From positions 1 to 64,000 of the IMG/VR virus record IMGVR_UViG_3300048995_000010: DNA of 64,000 bases, one strand, 5' to 3'. This DNA is from a virus. Lineage: Duplodnaviria; Caudoviricetes. A model generated the notes under the pieces. That model saw only the letters and a program-made list of their open reading frames with translations. It did not search any database and was not told where the DNA came from. Made by a program: the position numbers and the translations under genes. This document shows positions 1 to 10,300 of this stretch, piece after piece (the stretch's first letter is position 1; every line of letters begins with the position of its first letter).

Positions 1-338
1 ATGGAAGATTACCCATCGATATCTCTTGTAAATCTTCTATAAGTGCTAGTATTCCTTACATCAAGTATCTGGAAAAGATGAAAACCGAGTCTCCTAGAAT
101 TGGAGTGGTACTTCATCGGCGCACAAAGAAACCAGCTATCAATAGGAAAACTGGTCTACCTGGTGTCAATTTCGTTGCTAAAGGTGAATATGCTATTATG
201 AACCGTGAAGGGTATGAAGTATTTCTCCAACACATCTATGCCATTCAAAAACTCAGGCAGATAAATCCTCTACTGATAGAAACTCTTGAGAAGGATCTTG
301 GTTTCAAATTACTTGACATTGTAAAACAGGTAAAATGA
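1..338 (+). CDS. 5'-truncated gene, probable PD-(D/E)xK nuclease / Holliday-junction-resolvase-like protein
   Basis: Frame 3 is open from the window start (GRLPIDISCKSS..PYIKYLEKM..VVLHRRTK), so ORF 78..338 is only the C-terminal part. The xCK..PY..VVLH pattern and the position just upstream of an exonuclease resemble crAss-like resolvases. Confidence 0.45.
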   Translation, partial: GRLPIDISCKSSISASIPYIKYLEKMKTESPRIGVVLHRRTKKPAINRKTGLPGVNFVAKGEYAIMNREGYEVFLQHIYAIQKLRQINPLLIETLEKDLGFKLLDIVKQVK

Positions 339-655
339 CAGAGATACCACTAATGACAGACCCCCTGGGAAAGTACTGGGAACAACCTCTAAGAGAGGAA
401 ATCCTGGTAGATGATACTCATGCTATAATGACTAAAAAGAGTTTGTCTCAACTCAAGGATTATAGTCTTTCTCAACCTACAGGTACTTATCAAGGTAAGA
501 TGTGGAAGATAAGGGATTGTATCATCTTTGAGAGAGGTGGAGAGAAGTATAGAAGATGGACTGGAGACTGGATACTATGTTGGTTTGGGCCAGATCCAAA
601 AGATGAACCTGGCTATGTTGGAAACTACTATCGGCAAATATTGATCATTGATTAA
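335..655 (+). CDS. hypothetical phage protein
   Basis: 106-aa ORF with ATGA overlap on the previous stop. Confidence 0.7.
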   Translation: MTEIPLMTDPLGKYWEQPLREEILVDDTHAIMTKKSLSQLKDYSLSQPTGTYQGKMWKIRDCIIFERGGEKYRRWTGDWILCWFGPDPKDEPGYVGNYYRQILIID

Positions 656-664
656 AACGACACT

Positions 665-1459
665 ATGATAGACCTGATTGACGGCGACTCTATAAGTTAT
701 ATCCTCGGTTGGCATCACCGGGAACACCAGAATGTAGAAGAGATGCACCTGGCAGTTGACACATTCCTTGAAAATATTTTTCTAATGACTGGTGCTGACA
801 TGTACTTTGGTGCTCTGGCAGGCAATACCAAGTGCTTCCGGTATGATCGGTACCGGGTAAAAGAATACAAGGGGAACAGACCTACAGAAGTCCAGGAGCA
901 CATGAAATTCTGGAAGCCCATTATCATGGACTACCTGATCGACAAATGGAAGTTTACTAGTGCAGGGTTTGTCCGGACTGAATGGGGATTAGTCACCATT
1001 GAAGCGGATGATACCATTAACACAGCTGCTTTGTTTTTGCAAAAACAAGATCAGGAGTTCATCATCTGTTCTCCAGATAAAGATCTCAAACAGATTACTG
1101 GAAAGCACTATGACTACAAGACTAATGAGTTTGCACAAGTAAATTACTCCCAAGCTCACTATAACTTCTTTCGGTTAATGCTAGAGGGGGATGATGCAGA
1201 TAATGTTGCCGGTATCCCTGGATTCGGCCCTAAGAAAGCTCAGGAAAAGCTGAAGCCGCTGTTAGAAGCTAATACTGACCGCATCACCTATGAGGAGCTG
1301 GTAAAGTCTCTGTATCATCGTCACTTCGGGAAGTACTACGGAGATCTGATTTACAAGGAGACTCATGATACGATCTCCCTAATATGGGATCAGGAGCTGG
1401 ACATCCAGATCCATTCTGTACCCGTGAAGGCACATCCATTTGACGAGGTGAGCGACTAA
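665..1459 (+). CDS. 5'-3' exonuclease / flap endonuclease (T5/T7 exo-like, PIN/FEN fold)
   Basis: Motifs LIDGDS, YKGNR, EADD, SPDKDLKQ and H3TH GDDADNVAGIPGFGPKKA. Confidence 0.93.
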   Translation: MIDLIDGDSISYILGWHHREHQNVEEMHLAVDTFLENIFLMTGADMYFGALAGNTKCFRYDRYRVKEYKGNRPTEVQEHMKFWKPIIMDYLIDKWKFTSAGFVRTEWGLVTIEADDTINTAALFLQKQDQEFIICSPDKDLKQITGKHYDYKTNEFAQVNYSQAHYNFFRLMLEGDDADNVAGIPGFGPKKAQEKLKPLLEANTDRITYEELVKSLYHRHFGKYYGDLIYKETHDTISLIWDQELDIQIHSVPVKAHPFDEVSD

Positions 1460-1470
1460 ACAAAACAGCT

Positions 1471-1992
1471 ATGCTCAAGGAGCTATTAAAGGAGATCAGA
1501 AATACCAATCTGTGTACCTGGTATTTACTCCCAATCATTGGTCTCAACAGGTTTAGTTTCGATGGACTCTTCCTTAACAGTTATCTGGAGAGGCGCCGAA
1601 TGTGGGTCATCGTTCATGTACCTGATATTAATCTGGTTCCACGGCAGTATGTAGGTCATGCGATCCGAACATGGAGTAATATCCGGGGTGGGTACCTGGC
1701 TTACGAACTTGCTGATTACTGGAAAGATGATGTCTATGCTTACATGAGTGGTAAGTACTCCAGATTTTCTGATGAACTGAAGGCTCTTATCATCGAACGG
1801 TCTGGTCTTTCATACCAGGAGCCTACTGAGTCTGGTACTTTCGTAACAGACTTCAGACTTATGGCATTGAAAGGTCATCAGGAACTAAGAACATACCTTT
1901 GTAGTGAACTCAATGTCACCGAAGATTCCCTGCCGGAAGATTTGTTGTCAGTTCCACCACCAGAGTCATTCATGGATGTAACAGAGGTGTAG
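1471..1992 (+). CDS. hypothetical protein (replication-arm gene; F/MxxGKYS motif)
   Basis: 173-aa ORF with AAAACAGCT-ATG leader, followed by a terminator. Confidence 0.75.
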   Translation: MLKELLKEIRNTNLCTWYLLPIIGLNRFSFDGLFLNSYLERRRMWVIVHVPDINLVPRQYVGHAIRTWSNIRGGYLAYELADYWKDDVYAYMSGKYSRFSDELKALIIERSGLSYQEPTESGTFVTDFRLMALKGHQELRTYLCSELNVTEDSLPEDLLSVPPPESFMDVTEV

Positions 1993-2014
1993 CTTCGGCT
2001 ACATCTCTCTTTTT
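1983..2014 (+). terminator. intrinsic terminator
   Basis: AGAGGTGTAGC-TTCG-GCTACATCTCT stem with cUUCGg loop, then CTTTTT. Confidence 0.85.
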
Positions 2015-2032
2015 AATTTCAAAAACAAAGTC

Positions 2033-2434
2033 ATGGAAATTTCAGAATACCAGGAAAGAGTCGATCATTGGATGTGTCAGGTTTTTGGAGAACAAGTTCT
2101 CTTTGACTTAAAGGAGAGATCTCACCGTTTTGCTGAAGAAGCGATTGAACTCTTACAATCAGTTGGATATACAAAAGAGGAAATGAAGACCATGCTCGAT
2201 TATGTATATGATCGGCCTATAGGGCAACTCCGTCAAGAAGCTGGTGGAGTTATGCACTGTCTTGCTGCTCTGTGTAGTGGTAATAAATTATCACTGGAAG
2301 CAGCAACTCTTTCAGTCCTTCAATACTGTGAGGAGAACTCTGCAAAAATCCGCGAGAAACACTCAAACAAGCCAGATTCTATTGCTTCAAACAAAAACTA
2401 TGAAGATGGAAAAGAAACGAATACTATGCCTTGA
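2033..2434 (+). CDS. MazG-like all-alpha NTP pyrophosphohydrolase
   Basis: YQERVDHW...RFAEEAIEL...QEAGGV acidic metal-binding pattern. Confidence 0.7.
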   Translation: MEISEYQERVDHWMCQVFGEQVLFDLKERSHRFAEEAIELLQSVGYTKEEMKTMLDYVYDRPIGQLRQEAGGVMHCLAALCSGNKLSLEAATLSVLQYCEENSAKIREKHSNKPDSIASNKNYEDGKETNTMP

Positions 2435-2906
2435 CCTCGATGGTACTGTCCGTCAGAGTAAGTCAGGCAAAACTTTTATTGAAGGTCCGGATGATGTAGA
2501 ACTCATCCCCGGCATGAAAGAATGGATATTACATTATAGGTCTCTTGGGTATCTTGTTTATGGAATCTCCAATCAGGGTGGTATAGCTCACGGATTTAAA
2601 ACTCATGCCCAGGTTGAAGCAGAAATGAAAGCAACCTTACGGCAACTTGATATGGGTTTCGTTAATCTCCTATATTGTCCATTTGATCAGAAGGGAAAAG
2701 TTGATGGCTACAACTTTAGATCTCTCTCCAGGAAACCTAACTATGGTATGTTGGTACTAGTAGAATTCGATCTACATAGATTACAACATATACCTGATTG
2801 GGATAACAGTCTCTTTGTAGGTGACCGGCCAGAAGATGAGGAATGTGCTAAGTCTGCTGGTATACCATTCATGTGGGCACATGACTTTGTAAAACAACTT
2901 CTATGA
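2400..2906 (+). CDS. HAD-superfamily IIIA phosphatase (polynucleotide 3'-phosphatase/GmhB-like)
   Basis: DLDGT, ISNQGG, RKPNYGM and VGDRPEDEE motifs. The start is likely ATG 2400 rather than 2244. Confidence 0.9.
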   Translation: MKMEKKRILCLDLDGTVRQSKSGKTFIEGPDDVELIPGMKEWILHYRSLGYLVYGISNQGGIAHGFKTHAQVEAEMKATLRQLDMGFVNLLYCPFDQKGKVDGYNFRSLSRKPNYGMLVLVEFDLHRLQHIPDWDNSLFVGDRPEDEECAKSAGIPFMWAHDFVKQLL

Positions 2907-3082
2907 CCAGAGAAGAAGCCTACCGCGAATGTATGGCAGATGGTTACTCACAAGAGCGTATAGACTTTTATGTCAACATCATAAAAGGGGACGCTGAAAT
3001 CAAAGGAATTGAACCATTCAGTGGCCCTGGTTGGAAGGGACTGGATGATTATATCAAACGTAAAACACAAAACAATGGATGA
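2903..3082 (+). CDS. small hypothetical protein (59 aa, MTREEAYRECMADG...)
   Basis: Read manually, below the ORF-track cut-off; ATGA-coupled to the HAD gene. Confidence 0.6.
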   Translation: MTREEAYRECMADGYSQERIDFYVNIIKGDAEIKGIEPFSGPGWKGLDDYIKRKTQNNG

Positions 3083-3230
3083 AAACACTCAACTGTATTA
3101 CGATGTAATTGCAGACCAAATCAGAATGGCTAAAGACAGATTAACTCCAGAGCAGTTTAATACTCTAGTAGAGGAGTTGGAAGATGTACTTAATCCTACT
3201 GAGGAAGTGGAGGAGGATGAAGATGCATAA
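3075..3230 (+). CDS. small acidic hypothetical protein (MDENTQL...)
   Basis: A-rich leader before ATG 3075; acidic C-terminal tail. Confidence 0.6.
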   Translation: MDENTQLYYDVIADQIRMAKDRLTPEQFNTLVEELEDVLNPTEEVEEDEDA

Positions 3231-3495
3231 GTTAGTCATTATGACATGCCTGCTGCTATCAAGTGTAGCAGGTATGTCTCAAAACAAACCTGATACCGTT
3301 AGAGAGGTGATAGTGGTCTATACGAAGATCCCTGGTTTCATGCACACTATCAACGGTTATGCAGTACATCTTGACGGTCACTGTATAGCACATCTTAAGG
3401 ACAATCAAAAACCGGTGAAAGCACCGTTGTATGTATGGGACTGTGAGACAGCCAGGGATTACCGAAGAACTTCATTCATACAAAAACAGGAGTAA
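3223..3495 (+). CDS. secreted hypothetical protein
   Basis: MHKLVIMTCLLLSSVAGMS|Q looks like a Sec signal peptide with Gln at +1. Confidence 0.6.
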   Translation: MHKLVIMTCLLLSSVAGMSQNKPDTVREVIVVYTKIPGFMHTINGYAVHLDGHCIAHLKDNQKPVKAPLYVWDCETARDYRRTSFIQKQE

Positions 3496-3671
3496 TGATC
3501 AAGGTAAGATTCCGAGTAACCATCCCTACTCCAAAACAAGTAGGACATATTAAAGCTGTCAAGGGAGACACTGGCATAATAAAACGGAGAACTACTCCTT
3601 ATCAAAACGTGTATGTATCCTGGAGAAAAACTCCTATCAGAGTCAAGAGTGGGGATATTGAAGAGATATAG
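3495..3671 (+). CDS. small basic hypothetical protein (58 aa, MIKVRFRV...)
   Basis: Read manually; TAATG coupling; ends in the terminator. Confidence 0.55.
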   Translation: MIKVRFRVTIPTPKQVGHIKAVKGDTGIIKRRTTPYQNVYVSWRKTPIRVKSGDIEEI

Positions 3672-3699
3672 GGAGTAGTTTACGCTACTCCCTAAAAAA
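3669..3699. terminator. terminator at the convergence of the + and - gene arms
   Basis: TAGGGAGTAG-TTTACG-CTACTCCCTA perfect 10-bp stem with an adjacent A-run. Confidence 0.75.
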
Positions 3700-3712
3700 T
3701 TTCCTGAAGGCT

Positions 3713-4048
3713 TTATTTCAGGACTGGTTCTTCAACCTGGGTGCCTAGTGTATCAGCTTCCACTGGAATTGAATCCACAATTGTCAACTTGAGTGTCTTT
3801 GCTACTTTGAAGTCTGCTGCTGTAATCACAAGGTTTGATGTACCTACTTCCAACGCTTTTACATCTGCTTGCAGTTTGTTTTCTGCTACACTCATACTAA
3901 GAACAGGATCATTGTTGGTATACCATTCCAGATCGGTATAACTCTGACCTTCCAGATCTAGCCGAAGGTTGAACTCCTGGTTCTTTACAATCATGAGGTC
4001 TTCTACATTGGTAATGCGAGCGTTATTGAGCGTGAGTGTTGTTTTCAT
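3713..4048 (-). CDS. Ig-like (Big_2-like) virion accessory protein
   Basis: Beta-rich; LEWYTNNDPVL...VKALEVGTSNLVITA pattern. Confidence 0.6.
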   Translation of the reverse strand: MKTTLTLNNARITNVEDLMIVKNQEFNLRLDLEGQSYTDLEWYTNNDPVLSMSVAENKLQADVKALEVGTSNLVITAADFKVAKTLKLTIVDSIPVEADTLGTQVEEPVLK

Positions 4049-4068
4049 TGGTCTTGTTTTTGAAAGTT

Positions 4069-4097
4069 AAAAAACCAGCCTTACGGGGCTGGTGGGT
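4069..4097 (-). terminator. intrinsic terminator
   Basis: ACCAGCC-CCGTAA-GGCTGGT followed by a T run on the - strand. Confidence 0.75.
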
Positions 4098-4123
4098 CTA
4101 AAGTGTAAGAGAGAAAGGCGAGC

Positions 4124-4447
4124 TTAATTCTTTGCTACCGGGGGCTCAACTGTTAGGCCAAGTGCAGCAGCTTCTGCGTTGGTATAACTGAAGTTACCGC
4201 CATCTTCAATAGTACGAACACCTTCACCGAGATCTGCATCAGCAGATACTTTCCAGGTGCTGGTACCAATAGTATCTTCTGAGATAAGGAAGGCGCCTAA
4301 ACCATCTTCATCTTCTTCGATAGTAGCATTACCTGAGATAACTTCCCAGGTTGGCTTACCATCAAGAGTAGCGGGATTACCGGCATTAGTTTTCGGAGCA
4401 AGGCGAATGTGGACTTTCTGTTCCACTGTACATGTGATATCCTGCAT
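4124..4447 (-). CDS. Ig-like virion accessory protein
   Basis: Beta-rich, PTWEVISG...GTSTWKVSADAD; C-terminus similar to 3713..4048. Confidence 0.6.
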   Translation of the reverse strand: MQDITCTVEQKVHIRLAPKTNAGNPATLDGKPTWEVISGNATIEEDEDGLGAFLISEDTIGTSTWKVSADADLGEGVRTIEDGGNFSYTNAEAAALGLTVEPPVAKN

Positions 4448-4463
4448 AGGTGTTGATTTTTGA

Positions 4464-4471
4464 TGAAGATA
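4464..4471 (-). promoter_or_regulatory. Bacteroidota-type -7 box (TATCTTCA)
   Basis: Variant of TAnnTTTG recurring upstream of many genes here. Confidence 0.55.
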
Positions 4472-4497
4472 CTAATTTCGTACCAACAATATTGTTA

Positions 4498-5064
4498 TCA
4501 GATTACTACTCTGGAAAGCCATGATGTCATGAACTTCTCCTGTATTGGATTACTACGGGCAATGTCCATGTAACGTGTACCTTGCTGACAATTCAGTAGA
4601 GTGAGTATCTGTTTTGGTCTTGGGTGAGCATTGAGTGCTGCTACTGTTTTTGCCCCCATTTTTCCATCTACTACTACATCTGGGTACTCTTTGCCATTAC
4701 GATTGGTAACATTGAGTGCTTTCTGCAAAAACTCAATAGGAAAGCGAGGATCCATATTCACACCAGTATCATACATTTCATTGGCAATATCCTGATTCTG
4801 TACCTGGTCCAGACACATTACATCCCAGAACTCTTCCTTATAAAACTCTAAGACCAGACGCTGCAAGGTTTGAGAATTTCGCAGATTGGTCTCAAAATTT
4901 TTACTGATAGGTTTAAAGGAGTCGATAATGGACCATCCTGTCCATTTGGGGTGGTAGTTACGAGCAATTCCTCTCCAGGTTTCTCCTCCAGAATCTCCTG
5001 GGGTGTTTGCATATCCTCCTTCAATTTTTGCTGTTCTGTCATAGGCTACTTTGAAATCTGCCAT
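4498..5064 (-). CDS. endolysin, glycoside hydrolase family 108 with C-terminal PG-binding domain
   Basis: IEGGYANTPGDSGGETWRGI catalytic motif; VVDGKMGAKT; QEKFMTSWLSRV. Confidence 0.92.
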   Translation of the reverse strand: MADFKVAYDRTAKIEGGYANTPGDSGGETWRGIARNYHPKWTGWSIIDSFKPISKNFETNLRNSQTLQRLVLEFYKEEFWDVMCLDQVQNQDIANEMYDTGVNMDPRFPIEFLQKALNVTNRNGKEYPDVVVDGKMGAKTVAALNAHPRPKQILTLLNCQQGTRYMDIARSNPIQEKFMTSWLSRVVI

Positions 5065-5066
5065 TG

Positions 5067-5555
5067 TTATAGGGTTTTGATGATAATACTGGTGTTGGAA
5101 CCACTGACTCCCCCAAAGTATATTCGCTGGCCAGAACTTCTCCAGATAGCAACTACTATTGCAGTAGTAATATCTTCAGGAACTGCCATAGCAGGAATGA
5201 AATCTTCTGCTCCATTGGAAGATCCTGCTTTAAAGGCGCCTAATGGGATGTCTGGTGTGACCACAATGGCCATTACCAGATTATTAGTAGGGAATTCGTA
5301 AAAGCCATCTGAACTCAGTGTGACAATTATATCTCCAGTTTTCTTTGGCACCAGCTTATCATCAGTTATTCCCCCTATGTACCAGTACTCAGTAGAACTT
5401 ATCAGTACTGTCAATCCCTGGTACCGATAGGCTGAGTTAATCCCGCTATTAACTTCTACTACTGAAGTCCATGGGATAAGTTCATTTTTGAGATACCGCT
5501 TATCTATGGGTTTTGGGGCTCTTATATCAAATGCATCATTTTGGATTGAAGACAT
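5067..5555 (-). CDS. putative tail-associated structural protein
   Basis: N-terminal FDIRAPKPIDKRY...RYQGLTV...EYWY module typical of Bacteroidota phage tail proteins. Confidence 0.55.
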   Translation of the reverse strand: MSSIQNDAFDIRAPKPIDKRYLKNELIPWTSVVEVNSGINSAYRYQGLTVLISSTEYWYIGGITDDKLVPKKTGDIIVTLSSDGFYEFPTNNLVMAIVVTPDIPLGAFKAGSSNGAEDFIPAMAVPEDITTAIVVAIWRSSGQRIYFGGVSGSNTSIIIKTL

Positions 5556-5557
5556 GA

Positions 5558-6478
5558 CTATACTTTTTTAAGCAGACACAGTGATGAAAATTGTGTTTTA
5601 TAGTTGGAATCCCAGACCAGGTAATCTGTCCCACTAACAGATACTGTTATAGCTGCTCCAAACAGATCACTGGCACTGCCCATATTTCCCTGGTTGATGA
5701 TGTCAACAAACCACTTGTTCTTCTGATAAGCTGTACCCCGGTTAGGAATGGCAACCCAACAGTACTCGGGACCAATAGCTCCCTGGAACCATGGCACAGA
5801 TACATCATTAGCAGCGTTGACCTGAAGAACTAATCCCGCTAAAATATGAGCTTCCTGTCCTGATCCTGGGAATGGACTATTGCTTCTGCTGTAGTATACA
5901 GAGTCTACAGCGCTAGCAATAGTAATGGTCACTGTATCTGAGGCAGATGTCCCCTTACTATCAGTAGCAGTTAGTTGGAACACATAAGTCCCCTGCTGCA
6001 TGTTGGTAACGGAAGTGATTACGCTTGTAGGGGAATTGATTGTTGCGTTCCCTCCAGAGATCTTCGTCCATAGTACCGTGAAAGAATCTCCATCTGGGTC
6101 CATCACTGAGCCAGTAAGGGTAGTAGAGGTCACTGATGAACTCAGACTCTTGTCGTCTCCTGCATCTACTACTGGTGGCAGGTTCGTTATAGTCAGTGAG
6201 GTAGTTTCCTGTATGAGATCGCATGGGTAAGGCATCCTGATAATCCGATCGAACATGTGAGACAGGTCTTCCTCTGTAGACGCATTCGTAACGTTCGGGA
6301 GATTTTCCCACCTCTGGATCAAAAACAGATATAGGATCAGTTGATGTACATGCCATATTGAATCAGTTAGTCCGTACATGCCATAATACTCTCTGTTCCT
6401 GGCTACCAGAGAAGCAGCTGCCAACTTTGACTTGGCACAGCTGATCATGTCCGAGATATATTTTGTAGTGAATTTCAT
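5558..6478 (-). CDS. putative tail-hub protein with PKD/K319L-like Ig domain
   Basis: NLPPVVDAGDD...LWTKISG...GTYVFQLTATD...DTVTITI. The ATG at 6478 overlaps the upstream stop. Confidence 0.65.
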   Translation of the reverse strand: MKFTTKYISDMISCAKSKLAAASLVARNREYYGMYGLTDSIWHVHQLILYLFLIQRWENLPNVTNASTEEDLSHMFDRIIRMPYPCDLIQETTSLTITNLPPVVDAGDDKSLSSSVTSTTLTGSVMDPDGDSFTVLWTKISGGNATINSPTSVITSVTNMQQGTYVFQLTATDSKGTSASDTVTITIASAVDSVYYSRSNSPFPGSGQEAHILAGLVLQVNAANDVSVPWFQGAIGPEYCWVAIPNRGTAYQKNKWFVDIINQGNMGSASDLFGAAITVSVSGTDYLVWDSNYKTQFSSLCLLKKV

Positions 6479-7248
6479 TAACATCCACATTTTGAGGTGT
6501 TATCGCAATAGGATGCCAGTTGTATGATGATATCGTGAGCTGCCTGATAGTTCTGTTTGACATCAAAATGGATATCCGCTCCATTACGCTTACCCATTCT
6601 CAAGAGCATCTCCTGCATCTTAGGATCAAAACAGGAACACTCCTTTACTATAAGACCAGTCTTTATAGCCAGACAGTCATCAGCTGAAGCCGTAATCAGG
6701 AATCTGGTTTCAGCCTCATAGGCTACAGCCAGAAGTCCGGTACCGGCTGAAGGTAATTGTTCTGTAACAGTAGCAGAGTTACTACTGAGGGACTTCAGAA
6801 AATAGAGTTTCGTATCTGATATGTCTTTTATCAGGATAGCCTTCGCGCCGGCCAGTAAGGTGGAAGCGCTGGCGAGTGCAAATGTCTTGGATCCTATAGT
6901 CCACGTGATAGTGGTATCCACATCAGGAGTCACGGGATGGGCTACTACCGGATAATACTTCACTTCCCACACACCGTCTTTGAACTTACTATCTGTAGGA
7001 GCAGCAAAGGACTGTCCTGCTCCCAGGATAGCAGTCAGTGAACTGAGTTTTTGTATGCTGTAATCAGTATCCTCGTAGTTTCTGAAGTAGATAAGTGCCC
7101 AGTCCAGATCGGTAGTGGCATAGTTGGGAGTACCATATCCTCCAGGGTTGGTACTGGCATTATAGGCACCAGTGGTATCCAGTAGGGATATGGAAGTAGC
7201 CCGGATCTTATCAGTCACCGTGGCTGTAATCTTAGGGACCAGAGACAT
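6478..7248 (-). CDS. putative tail-hub protein (Cys-rich helical C-terminus)
   Basis: DTTGAYNA..NPGGYGTPN N-terminus and CSC...CGC end; synteny with crAss-like hub genes. Confidence 0.55.
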   Translation of the reverse strand: MSLVPKITATVTDKIRATSISLLDTTGAYNASTNPGGYGTPNYATTDLDWALIYFRNYEDTDYSIQKLSSLTAILGAGQSFAAPTDSKFKDGVWEVKYYPVVAHPVTPDVDTTITWTIGSKTFALASASTLLAGAKAILIKDISDTKLYFLKSLSSNSATVTEQLPSAGTGLLAVAYEAETRFLITASADDCLAIKTGLIVKECSCFDPKMQEMLLRMGKRNGADIHFDVKQNYQAAHDIIIQLASYCDNTSKCGC

Positions 7249-7289
7249 ATTGTACGAATTTTGATGAGGTAAATGTACTATTTTTGAAA

Positions 7290-7356
7290 GGTCATTACAT
7301 CAGGATTTTTTGTATTTGCTACTTTCCCACCTGTCGCTCGGGTGGGTTTTTTTTTA
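7290..7356 (+). ncRNA. candidate small RNA on the strand opposite the late arm
   Basis: TATTTTTG -7 box at 7279-7286, ORF-less U-rich body, CCCACC/GGTGGG hairpin plus T9. Confidence 0.45.
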
Positions 7357-10300
7357 TTACCTGGATAGATCATCCAAATCTCTCTCTGACATATACTTGA
7401 TCTTATTTACCAGAGTAGCCTGAGGAATTGGTAAACCTGCATGTGTCATTTTAAGAGCCCACCGATCAGCTGTGTAATCATCATCAGTCATGATTTTCCA
7501 GGAAGCATCCAGCGCTTTGGAGTAATCTTTTATCACTCCAAATGATGGTACTGCATTTCTGGTGATAGTATCAAAAACTTCTGGAGAAGAGTAGAAGGTC
7601 AGATCCTGCTTGGTCCTGATGATCATATTAATCAGAATCTGTAGTGCCTGGCTTTCATCATCGTCATCATCGCCCCCAAACATAGAACGTAACATGAAGA
7701 TCGCCCCTAGTACCATCAAGTAGAAATTGATCTCTGCGAAATTCTTACGCATGTTCTCAATATCGGCAATAGAGATGGGTTTACCGTCCATCTTGTGTTG
7801 ACCGGTGAATGGATCTGTTTTTGATACTATTGAAGCAAACTGTTTAAGAAGGACTTTTAAGGAACCCCCTATACCCAGGTCTTTGAGCGTAGTAAATCTA
7901 CCTTTAGTAACCCTTCCAAGTTGAATATCCAGTTTCTCCTCAGCCCATCGGTTATACCAACCTTCTGGTAGCCAGGAAAGACGGAATTGTCCTAAAAGCC
8001 TACCAATGATCCACTTATTAGCCATTTTGGGAGATACCTTATCTACGTTACCCATGATGATCATATTTACTCTGGCTATCTTATCACGGAGTTTATTCCA
8101 TTCAGTTTGATCTTCTACGTTTTCTGAGAAGTATTCTAGTCTCTTACCATATTTGGTTTCATTCCACTCTCCATTACTATCCAGAGCTTCCCACATGGAA
8201 ATCTCCTTTTCTACTCCGTCTTCTGTAACCTTTACTTGTTGTTTTAGAAGAGTAGCTACTGTATTCAGGCCCCGGCAGAAGTAGTCCCCTGATCGGAGCC
8301 AGGTATAAGGGTTGATTGTCTTCTTCCACTTGGGTACCCGCTCCCGGTGTTCCAGTTTGCCATACTGACTTTCCACTACATCCCCCATCACTCCCAGCCG
8401 GTCCATCACATTCATGATCTTGCGAGCAGTTTCAGAATCAGCTCCACCGAAGGTGAGATACTTTCCAGTGGACTTCATCATAGTTCTGAGGGCTCGCATG
8501 AACTCTTTATTACCAAACTCCTGGCGTCCATTTGCAAAAATTGCTGCAGAGACAACTCCAAAGGTGAAGTTGGCCATAGCAGAGAATGGGTTAAAAGAGA
8601 GAGCTTTTGCCTGGGCAATACTGATTAGTTTGTCTCCTACTTTGGATCCGTATACTGGCTTACCATCGTATCTTAATAGTTCTTGGTCAATCTTCTCTGT
8701 CTTATCTTTCCAGTCATCTCCTTCAATATCCCCATCAATAAGTTGTTGATTGAGTTTTTCCTTCTGAATGATCAATTCTTTTACCCGATTAGCTGTCTGA
8801 ACTTGGGTTTTGATGTTAGCTGAATAGATTTTCGTACCGGTGTTACCCTCTAAAGCCTTGGCCTTTTTGAACATCACATACTCCTTCATGTATTGTAGGG
8901 CTTCCATGGCATTCTTTAATCCCTGTGGAGCTGCTATTACCTTTCCATTCTCATCGATAGTCTTTCCATCGCTCATTCTGGTTCTATCAATCTCCCGGAT
9001 AATACTCTGGCCCATATCAATCACATCCTTGGCATTGGCAAAGTGCTTATAGTGAATGGCCATGGCTGCAAAAATCTCAGTGATCTTCACCAGGTCTTTT
9101 GATCTACTGGCTATCTCTGCCGGATCTTTTAGTTTGGAAGTGTCTACATAACTAATAGGTATGCGTTCATTCCCTTTATTCGTCTCTTCCCACTTACTCG
9201 CAGTCAAACTCCTGATGAATCTATCAGGCATTCCTTTGATATATTCTGGTATTCCGGAGATATCACTGATTAAAGATTTGGCTACTACCGGCAGGAAGTT
9301 TTCTCCTAGTTGATACTGTAAAGACTTTGGCAGATACGAGCGTAACTTCATCAATGTACTGTGTAACCTGTTATACAGATCATAGAGTTTCTCATCTTGT
9401 TGAAGAGCAGTAAACTTCTTATCAAAGTACTTGGTATGTTTGGCCTTAGGCATCATCACCACATACTGATCAGTGTTATTTTCATTGAAGACTGAGAAAT
9501 TGTTCTTGAAGTTATCGAAGAAGACATTAGGGGAATACCGACCGGTCCACTCCTGAATCTCCTTATCTGCCTGTTCTCTTGTTTTTGATCCATTAACAAC
9601 GTCAGCTTCCATAGACTCCTGAAATATCTCCTTTAATTCCAGGTACTTCTTGTATTTTTCTCTAGCCTTCTTCACTGCAGCTTCTGCTTGTTCCTGTCCT
9701 ACTTCTGTTACCAGTTCCTGGAAGGCCTTATCAAACTGTTTATGATTTTCTCCAGTCTGATCAAAGAAGAGTCTGGTATCTACAAAGGCACTGGCATTCT
9801 TCATGGTCGTCCAGTAATCTAACCAGGCTATTCTTTTGGCCTGACCTTTCTGCGCCCGGGACATACCCTTATCTCTATTGATCACATCGATCCTATGTTC
9901 TCTGGCTTCTTTAGTGTCTATTAAGAACCTGTACCAGGTAGGACTATGCCTACGTACCAGGCCCCATGCAGTACCTGTTTTATTTTCCTGCATGAGTTTT
10001 TTGTATACCTCAGGAAGATTGGATTTGGATCCTGCATAAGCCAGAAAATCATCTTCCAATTTTTGAGTGGTCTTCAATACTCTAAGAACTTCTTCATTGA
10101 CCATTCTACCAGCCTGCTCCATATAAGTGGTAACATACTGAAGTACTTTTGATTTTGCAGCAGATGATAGACCCCGAACTCTAACTTGAATCCATGAAGG
10201 ATCTTCTAGTTCTTTCACAGAAAAATCTCTTCGTGATAGTAGTCCCCCACTTGCATAGATCAAAGCATCAATGGAGAGATTCGTAAGTTGTTGGCGTTTT

